Source: the human T2T-CHM13v2.0 reference genome, Homo sapiens. From it: a stretch of 64,000 nucleotides of DNA. The translations under genes were made by a program, and so were the position numbers. The stretch lies in the NCBI RefSeq assembly GCF_009914755.1, contig NC_060930.1. One strand, 5' to 3'. This document shows, piece after piece, positions 52,801 through 64,000 of this stretch. How positions within the stretch are numbered: the stretch's first letter is position 1; each line of letters begins with the position of its first letter. The notes under the pieces were generated by a model. That model did not search any database, was not told where the DNA came from, and worked only from the letters and a program-made list of their open reading frames with translations.

Positions 52801-54599
52801 TCCCAAGGATCAATAGGTGAGTTGCAGAAGCTTGTGCTTACAAATTGTCAATCCCTGTGATTGTTTTAAGCACCCTGTTTAAATATGGAATAAATGGGTT
52901 TTTTTGTTTTGTTTTGTTTTTTGCCTTTTGATAATTGCTTTGAATAGGACTGATAGTAGTAAGAGACGCCAGTCTATAGATATCGAAGAGTTTTTTCTAC
53001 ATAGGTTCTTTCTGATTGTTCTGTGCTTTAAAAAGTGGGAGGTGGGGAGGAAGAGGGCGGGGGCAGTGGTGCTGGTCTTAACAATTGGGTATTATCCAAG
53101 AAGTATAAATGAAGCTGTAAAATGGGGTGCTGTCTAGAGTACTGAAAAGCATTTATGACAGAGTTCTTCCTTCTTGCTGTCACAGTACATTTTACTCACA
53201 GGAGTCACATTGAGAAATGTGATTTGTGCTCTCTATACTTTGATTAAATTTAAAGAAGACCAACTTCACAAGAAAAGTGAAAAACAAGATTTGTATCAGT
53301 CCATGAAATTGTTTTCAGCTTTTAGCCTAATAAAGTCCAACTTAACTTAATTCCTTTGTAAAGATGTGAGAACTAGATAGCTTTCCAACCATACTCAAGT
53401 CTAACCTTCCTTAATTTACTTTAATTTACTTTACTTAATTTACTTTAGGTGTTATATACATTGACAATATTAGGCATGTCTTTACTAAAATGTAATTGAC
53501 TATGCTTTCCAGAAACAAATACTATAGAAATTATGTGACTCTCCATTAATGCCTCTTTTGGAATGTGCTTCTTAAAATGTGCTCATTTATATTCCTTGCC
53601 CCCCATCCTGTTCATTATTTTTAGAAGTTGGTGCATCTTCCATAAACAATCAGCAACTTTGCATGATGCTTGCTTTTGTCCCCTGTTGTAAGACTTATTT
53701 TGAAAATCTTTCTATATGGGAGTTAGAATGTAACAATTGGTGGTCATGGATTGGTCTTTGGGCCTCCTGGAAACAAGTATAGTGATTAAGTTAGTTCCTG
53801 CAAGATGCTTCTGCCATAAATAATGCCTTTCAGTTTATTTCATTGTAGCTTAGTAGTAATGCTTGATAGTTATTACTATATAGACTGATTAATCTTATAA
53901 ACTTACATAATGTTTTGGCAGTCTCACCCTCGTTCTAAATTTTGGTGATAAAATGGATGTGGTCTCTGAGGGGGAAAGGATTTGAGAGAAATTACATAGT
54001 GGTAAACTGTTCTAATTAAAAGCTCTTTCCCTCTCTCTCTCTCTCTCTCTGTTGCCATGCAGTCAGTGGTCCTCTGGCTGCCTAAGATTTCTTAACTCAC
54101 TGGTAACCATTTACACATAATAGCTGTACTTGAAGTTGCTATGGTTTCATTAGTAGTTTTGCCTAACCTTTGTGAACTGGCTCAGGCCTATTAGTTAGGA
54201 CTAGTATTATTTTTATTTAAAAATAAGTTATGTTTGTCTCTTCTCCATAAAATTATTTAGAAAAGTTCAAAGAATAACCCTCTTATTATCCAATGTCAAA
54301 AAATATAATTATGTGCAAAGTAGTCTTATATGACCGAAATTAGATTCTGTCTTCCTCAGCTTATGCATCAATTTAGGGTTAAAAAATACAGTAACTGTGA
54401 TTAGGACAGAATACTGCTATGTTCTTGCCAGCCTGAGAACTTTGTTAAGATTAACTTTGATAGTAAATACAGTATTGAGAATTATTAAGGAAATTATTCA
54501 GACATATTGCTTCCCTAGTTATTGTGACATTTAAAGAGTTTTAAAAAGGTCATTCCCTTGATGTAAATTTTGTATCAGCTGAAAGAATTGTTGGAAGAA

Positions 54600-54850
54600 T
54601 ATGTGCTGTGATTAAGATCATGGTCTGTGGGGTCAGTTAGTTTTAGATCCAACTCCTGACATTACTACTCTTTTTGACCTTGAGTAGATGGCTTATCCTT
54701 ATTCTGTCTCTATTTCCTTGTCAATGAAATGGGAACGCTAATGGACATTATCTCACAGAGTTATTGGGAAGAGTACATGAGACATAATGAGTACATGGAC
54801 ATAATAAACTGCTTGCTGCAGTGCTGGACACAGAATAAGTGCTAGTTAGT
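54600..54850 (+). mobile_element. MIR
   Basis: tgaccttgagtagatggctta...tttccttgtcaatgaaatggga core. Confidence 0.6.
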
Positions 54851-55366
54851 GCCTTTGGTTATGTTGTGTTGAGATTGGAACATTTCTTAAAACGTTTCAG
54901 TCTCATTTACTTATTAATTACATTTAGAGTCTACTCTTTCCTCAAGGCCGTATAAACATGCAAGTTTTAAAAATATGAAATGCTAACATCTTAAGGTTGC
55001 AACTAGGTTAAGTCCTGTTGATCTTCATGAAATTGAGAACTGACCATGGCAGCCCTACCAGGAAATTATGACAGAGAAAAAAATTCCATTCCTCTTGGAG
55101 GACAGAAAGTAATAAATATAGTGTATTAGTTGTGTGTGTAGGTATATAAAGAGAGGTCACACACACACACGTTTATTCTTATAATATATTAATAATAGAT
55201 CTAAATTACTGACCTGCTTTCTTCCCTCCAAAATTCATAAAAAAATGAAAATAGAAATGAAATCAGCATTCTTTATAGCTCAGCTGATATATATTATTAC
55301 CCAATCTCAGGAATAGGAATGATTCTTAGACAGTAAATAAAACTTACACTTATTTTTAAAAATTCA

Positions 55367-55751
<385 letters not shown>

Positions 55752-56179
55752 CTAGAATATGTGTGGTGAACCTGTTGGACTTGAATGTAATCATTCCCTA
55801 ATCTTACCACATAAAGATGGGATTAATAACCAGCACCACACCTGTGAGGAGAAATTCTGGAATGCCTCATCTTGCCTCCAGATAAAACATGTTCCTCCTT
55901 CCTTTAAGGTAAATGCAGGAATATTGTCAATGAACAAAATCCTTTCACTAGTCATTCCTGAAAAAGAATTACAGTTGGAAAATAAAAAAAATACTCCTAT
56001 TTTAGAACCTGTAATGTGGAAGACTTATAATGAGGTGAAAATGTAGCGGTGGATTTAAAACTACAAGATACTTAATTATAGCCATGCAGTAAGTTATACT
56101 ATATATTTGTCATGCAAGAATAACATTTGTAAGAAAACTGATACTGACACATGTATCTTTCTAATCCCTACCTTTGCTG

Positions 56180-56665
56180 TTTTTGTTTTCTTTTCTCTTT
56201 TATTTTTTGTAGAGATGGGGTTTCCCTGTGTTACCCAGGCTGATCTCACACTCCTGCCTCAGCCTCCCAAAGTGCTAAGATTATAGGTGTGAGCCACAAA
56301 GCTTGGCCTGGTTTCTTTTTTCTTGAGATAACCTGGAAAAAGATATGTCAAGTAGGAATAAGTATGTAAATGTTTAGAACAGATGGCAGGTAGTTAAAGT
56401 TAGAATAGTAATGTTGGGAGGCTAAATTGGGAGGATCACCTGAGACCAAGAGTTAGAGCCCAGCCTGAGCAACATAGTGAGACCCCATCTCTACAGGAAA
56501 ATTTAAAAAAATTAGCTGTGCGTGGTGGTGCACACCTTTAGTCCTAGCTACTCGGAAGGCTGAGGTAGGAGGATCACTTGAGCCCAGGAGTTTGAGGTTG
56601 CAGTGAATTACTATGATTGCTCCACTGCATGACAGAGCATGACCCTGTCTCTAAAAAAAAGAAAA
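56180..56665. mobile_element. FLAM (56180-56308 -) and truncated AluJ (56416-56665 +)
   Basis: Alu consensus matches. Confidence 0.82.
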
Positions 56666-56807
56666 GTAAAAGAATAGCGATGTTGAAAATGAGGTAATGA
56701 GGTGCCCTTCCCCCCAAAAAATGAGTAGTTGTTAGCTTTTAGCTGTCATCGTGGTACAGCTACCATTTTAAGGGAAGGGTAGCCTTCCCTTAAAAACTTA
56801 GAAGTCG

Positions 56808-57334
<527 letters not shown>

Positions 57335-58013
57335 TAAAATGAATTCTCCCTTTCTCCCCTCCTTTTAGGGCTTAAACAAACAAGTAAACAACTTTTCTAA
57401 TGGAAAATTCAAACACATAAAATCACAGGTAAAGGTCATATAGTACAGTAAACTGCCATGTTCACTCAGTGACAACAGTTACCGACATATGGCCAATCAT
57501 GTTTCTTTTGTATTTCCCAAGCCCTGGATTATTTTAAAGCAAGTCTAGACATTATATAATACCATCCATAGATACTTCAGTTTGCATATCTGAAAGATAA
57601 GGACTCTTCATTCTTACATCTAAACAATAATTTATTGATGTAATCTAATATCTGGTCAGCGTAATGTTGAGATTTTCAAAAAATCCTCAAGAAAGACTAA
57701 TTTATTTGTTGGAGGGGCAGATAAACAGTGTTTTAAAATTAAACCCATCTTTGATATTTAGCTGCTTTGAGTCCTTATTGAGCTCCAGAGTGCCAACCAG
57801 AAAATAGATTAAAAGCTCAACTGAGTGGAGTCAATGGCTGTGGAAATTATAGTAATGGTAAATGTACACAATACTGATAGTTACTTATGCTGATTTCTAA
57901 TCTTACTATTAACACTAGCAGTTCTTACTGATTCATGAAAATGTGCAGCAAATATGTTATATAATATGACAATAGAGGGTTGGAGGTAACTTTGACTTTT
58001 TTCTCTTTTGCAG

Positions 58014-58043
58014 TATATACATTCAGCTGACATAATTCACAGG
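58014..58043 (+). CDS. MAPK14: MAPK14 exon 5 (30 nt)
   Basis: cttttgcag| YIHSADIIHR |gtatgt. Confidence 0.98.
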
Positions 58044-58371
58044 GTATGTATTGTGACTTTGATTACATTATTTTGGGGAAGTGGGGTGAGAGTGGAAGAA
58101 TGGCATTTAGCCAAGATCCTAATCTAAACTTTAGCCATTGAAATGTTGATTGATTGCAACTTTACTGTAGGTTTAAGCTGATTAAAGAAAGAAGATGTGT
58201 AGTTTTTTTCTATGTAAGGCTAACTTGGACTGGATATTGACTGTAGGATGGAGATTGTCTTTTGATAGCTGGATGAAGTCTTTTATGTCTGGATCCTCAT
58301 TATTACCTGTAGGGGGAGAATTGATCATGCATCATAAAGTTGATCCTGTCTTCCCTGTATTTGCTTCCTAG

Positions 58372-58419
58372 GACCTAAAACCTAGTAATCTAGCTGTGAA
58401 TGAAGACTGTGAGCTGAAG
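58372..58419 (+). CDS. MAPK14: MAPK14 exon 6 (48 nt)
   Basis: cttcctag| DLKPSNLAVNEDCELK |gtaaaa. Confidence 0.98.
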
Positions 58420-58911
58420 GTAAAATGAAGAGACAGTATTCATTGTTTGCTTTACTTTGAGATTATATGTTTGACTAAGCAGGCAGACTTTCTTAGGGAG
58501 TAGCTTTGTGAGCCATGACTATCTGAAATTCGTATTATTTTTATTATCAGACTTTGAAATTTAAACCATTTCTGAGTAAGCTAAGTGACATTGAAAGTGG
58601 CATCACTTGTTTTTATTTTAACATAAAGTTAAATTATAAATTTGATATATTAGTCATAATAAAGGAGGATAATAGTCAAATATCAAGTAAGTAGGCCCAA
58701 AGAGGTGATAACTAGATTAAATACATTTCTAAGAGGAGAAATGGCAGAAACCCACTCACTCAAAATAATTCAAATAAAAAATAAGTGAATTAATTGTTTC
58801 TAAAGAGCAAGCAGCTCTAGAACTTTTGTTCCATTTCATTTTTTTAACTTGAAAAAATGTCTGTACATTAGAATGCACCATTTCATTTGGCAAAATTATA
58901 TATCCACTTAA

Positions 58912-59236
<325 letters not shown>

Positions 59237-59267
59237 AAGAACATTTGGATTACTTTAAAAAGTTTAT

Positions 59268-59960
<693 letters not shown>

Positions 59961-60169
59961 TGTTTTGCTTTTTGTAATTTCATTTTAAGTTCTTGCTGTA
60001 TATTTACCATACATTCTAAGTATGGACCAGGAAATCTCTTTATGAAAGTGCTATTTTGTTCTCCTTTTTAATAAGGCAACAGAGGTTTGTTTGTTGTTGT
60101 TGTTTTGTTTTTTTTTCCCTGCCTGTTTCTAAGTCTTAGCAGTTTGTCTGTTCCTCTTCTGCCCTTTAG

Positions 60170-60418
<249 letters not shown>

Positions 60419-60821
60419 TAAAAATATTTCACTTCCTCAGATGGGGAAGTGGGGTTTTATACACAGCTTTTAAACCTTGTGATTTAGCAATTGGGTTTTT
60501 ATTTATTTAGATTTTGAATATATTCTCTGAGTACTTATACCTAAAGACAATTAGTCCATAATTTTAACCCCTCAATGTTACTTGGAAGAATCTACCATTC
60601 TACTAATAAGAAACTTGCCCCTTTTTAAACAGCTTATTTCTCTTAAGTGTGTTTTGACTTACCCCACCTTTGAACAGCCCTTTAGTCAGGTGAAGATCTT
60701 AGTAAGCTATTTATTTCTGTAAAAATGAGTATGATTGTTGAGCCTCAGATGTCTTAAATAGTAATTTGAATATTTCACCCCTAGTTACGGTTTCATTTGT
60801 TGCCAAGAATTGTAACAGTGA

Positions 60822-60939
<118 letters not shown>

Positions 60940-62399
60940 AAAAAGTTTTGGATTCTTGTTTCTTATCTGTATTCCAGTGTCCATGGGTGTATACTCCTTT
61001 TACTTATCTCTAGGGAAGACTCTCAGTATTTTGCTTTTATAGTCTAGATAATGCATTATGAGGTCTTTCTTCAAACTGAGTAGCTTGCCTTGCCAAGAAA
61101 GAGGCTTCAGTTTACTTTTGTGAGTTGGAAAAATTCCTCATAAGTTGAAAAACCCATCAAGTCTGTCTTCTTTTTGCAACAGTCCCTTATTAATCATCCC
61201 ACAGCAGTTCTGAGACCTGAGCATACTCATGAGAAACTCCAGATCCCAGTGACAGTTTTAGTCTTCTTGTATAAACACTTAATGAGCACAAGATGCCCAT
61301 TTATAAATGAAGGGCATCTTGCTGTTATGTTTATGTATTAAAAGGGCTATGTTTGGTACCTGCAGTGATATACTGCTTACTTGTTATGTTTGTTGTTTGA
61401 CAACAAATAGTAAAAGCAAGAAGTGAAAAGCTTACCATGTAATGTACTTTTGTTTTTCCAGCACAACTTTTTCCCAGATTGCAGCCAAACCCTAATTTAC
61501 TCCAAGACTTACTGTCTAGTTTATGGTTTATTATAGCCCCTTTATTTTAGCTCCTTTCCTATCTGCGGTATGCTTGTTTCATGGTTTAGTATTAATGTCA
61601 TGAAAAATGTGGTCTGTTGGAACTCTCATCAGTTCTACTTATGGAAGATGTTTAGGTGAGAAAGATTGTTAAAATATATGTCTAGAATTAGTTTTGGGGA
61701 TTTTTTCTTTTTTTAATAGAATTGAGTTAACTAGCCTTCAGGTGGTTTTGGTTAGGCAATATTAGACATGCTACCTCTGATCTATTATGCCTAGAGATCT
61801 AAAAGCCATTTTAGTCCCTTACCTAAATAAACTAATTGAGTTTATAAACCAGAATGTCAATTCACTTGCTTACAGTTTGGGATATACTTCTGTAATGGCT
61901 ATGATGTTCATGATATCTACCCACGTGTTCTAACTATCTTCTGCTAGAGAGAATGTACTTTCATTATGAACTGAAAAAACCTCTATTTCTCAGGTAAAGC
62001 TGTTTCTTTCTCTCTGAATATTAGGATTGATAACAGAGTTCAGTCTCCCTGTATTTAGCTTACCTTATTACTCCCTACCTCTGGATTTTAAATTAGTTTA
62101 ATACCTGGTGTTTCTCCTTTGTCCTTTGTTTCATTCACCTTATATCTGTTTCTCAGAAATTTGGTATATATATATTACAGTCCAAGGTAAGAGAATTAGG
62201 GAAAATTCATACTTCCCCCTTTCCTCAGGTACATATCTCAGAGTCCCATCCTTGCTTTGTCCTCTAGAGTAGCTGCTGTCCTGATGCTATTCTCTGTTCC
62301 CTGCTCCCCTTCCTCTTCTTGTGTCTGTATCTCCAGCTACCATTTAGTCAGTCACAGACCTCCATGCCGGTGTAGACACACAAGGTGGCAGAGAGGGAA

Positions 62400-62635
62400 A
62401 GGCAGTATAACATACAGGTTAAGCACATGCTCTGGAGCCAGATTTCCTGGATTTAGATCTTAGCTCTTTTATTTCCAGCTATGTAACTTTGAGTAAGTTT
62501 CCTAACCTCTATTTCTCTCAGTTTCCTTAACCGTAAAATGATAATAATCATACATACTCACAAGGTTGTCGTAAGAATTCAGCCAGAAAATAACTGGAAA
62601 GTACTGAGACGAGCCTGCCAGTAAATGTTAGCCAT
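62400..62635 (+). mobile_element. MIR
   Basis: gctctggagccagatttcctgg...ctcagtttccttaaccgtaaaatgataataat. Confidence 0.8.
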
Positions 62636-63217
62636 CATGTTCAGTAATGGCCTTGCAAAACAGATTACCCCTTCACCTTCTCACTTAATTGTCTACCTAT
62701 GAATCATTAATGTTTTGTTTTGTTTTTAATTCTGTGATAGGTAGGAAAGGATGGAACTCCTTGGCAGACTAGTGTTAGAAAGTTTTCGAAGCAGTGTGAG
62801 TCTTGTACCTTTGTGGTCCTGTCTCACAGACACCTGTCTATTCCCTGACCCTTTTAAATGCTAACTTTCTGCCTGTAGGAAATCTTCCCTTTGTGCTTAG
62901 GTCTTTTTCTTCTGTGAGCTTTAGATAAACAACCTAGTGTTTAAACTTTTTAATAAGGGATTCATTTTTTAATACATGAGAATTCATTTCAAAATTTTGG
63001 TTTTAGTTATTTATTTTATTCTACTTGGCTCTTTTTCAGACAGATGTTCTCTCCTGGATTGTAAAAGTCGAATTCAAAGGATTTTTATTTGTAATATACT
63101 TAACCTTTCTCTTGTAAGTTGCCATCTGTGTAGATACAGCTTTGATTGCCTGACAAGAGGAAAATGTTTCCCATTATCTTTTCCTGCCTGAACTATACGG
63201 TCACTTGTGTTCCAGCA

Positions 63218-63350
63218 TAGTGGTTCTTAACCCTCATAGTGTGTCAGAATCACTTTGCAGAGCTTTTAAAAACTCTAGATGCCTGGGGACCACCCCAAAG
63301 ACTCCATTTTGTTGTCATGGGTCAAAGCACAGTCTTCTAGTTTGCAGCTA
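63218..63350. mobile_element. MER5-family fragment
   Basis: tagtggttcttaacc...tcagaatcac...gagcttttaaaa. Confidence 0.55.
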
Positions 63351-63722
63351 GTGTTGAGTACAACTAGAGTTTAACCCAGTTGAATTTTAGTTTAATCTTG
63401 GCTGGTCTTGAAGATGTTAGTAATCTCTATTCATTTTTTTTGAAAAGTACCAATGAGATCAGAAAGTTAATTAGAAAACATCTAGTTGAATCCCCTGTTT
63501 TTAATAGATGGGGAAACCAAGACCCAGAGAATATAATCCAAAGCTACCTGTCACATAGGCCACAATTTCTTTTCCAATATTCTGTTCTTCGCTGTTCTTC
63601 TAATTTGCAGAACTCCTCTTTAAAAAACCTTTGGAGAATGTATTGGCCTCATACCCTCTTCCTTCAGCCTGAAAGACATGCACCTGTCACTTATTTATGA
63701 TATTTAAATGCAACCTCTAGAA

Positions 63723-63936
63723 CAGGGGTGTCCAATCTTCTGGCTTCCCTGGGCCACATTGGAAGAAGAAATGTCCTGGGCCACACATAAAATACACTAA
63801 TGATAGCCGATGAACTTAAAAAAAATTGCAAAAAAAAAATCTCGTAATGTTTTCAGAAAGTTTACAAATTTGTGATGGGCTGCATCCAAAGCCCTGGGCC
63901 ACGTGCAGCCCGCAGGCCCTGGGTTGGAAAAGCTTG
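63723..63936. mobile_element. MER30 (hAT MITE) with an intact 8-bp TSD
   Basis: caggggtgtccaatctt...ttggaaaagcttg flanked by CTCTAGAA at 63715-63722 and 63937-63944. Confidence 0.9.
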
Positions 63937-64000
63937 CTCTAGAAGGTACTCATTGTTTGAGTGTCCAGTTTTCTCCCTGTTTTCCTTATTTATTGATCAT

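Overview
Human (primate) genomic DNA recognisable as the 6p21.31 SLC26A8/MAPK14 locus. SLC26A8 (minus strand) contributes its non-coding first exon (CpG island, about 8.7-8.95 kb) and first coding exon (3822-4009). MAPK14 (p38-alpha, plus strand) is transcribed divergently from a second CpG island (about 11.8-13.3 kb). Its coding exons 1-8 (codons 1-228) are all present with canonical splice sites, and exon 8 ends in a U12-type minor-spliceosome donor (GTATCCTTT). The rest is intron, with about 45 Alus, L1/L2/MIR relics and DNA-transposon fossils (Tigger1, Tigger3a, Charlie4a, MER3/5/20/30/58). I found no new protein-coding system; almost all other ORFs in the track are Alu-, L1-, Tigger- or GC-bias artefacts. 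The most unusual signals are structural: a perfect 39-bp-arm hairpin in MAPK14 intron 2; a TSD-flanked fold-back insertion with a short A-tract inside a MER5A; two independently inserted Alus around exons 4-6 that share private substitutions (gene-conversion signature); two perfect TCTCGCGAGA elements 105 bp apart in the promoter; an AUG-free, stop-free in-frame 5' leader; and a MIR-derived U12 branch-point match inside the U12 intron. Repeat family names and repeat boundaries come from by-eye recognition of consensus sequences and are approximate; exon boundaries were indexed exactly.
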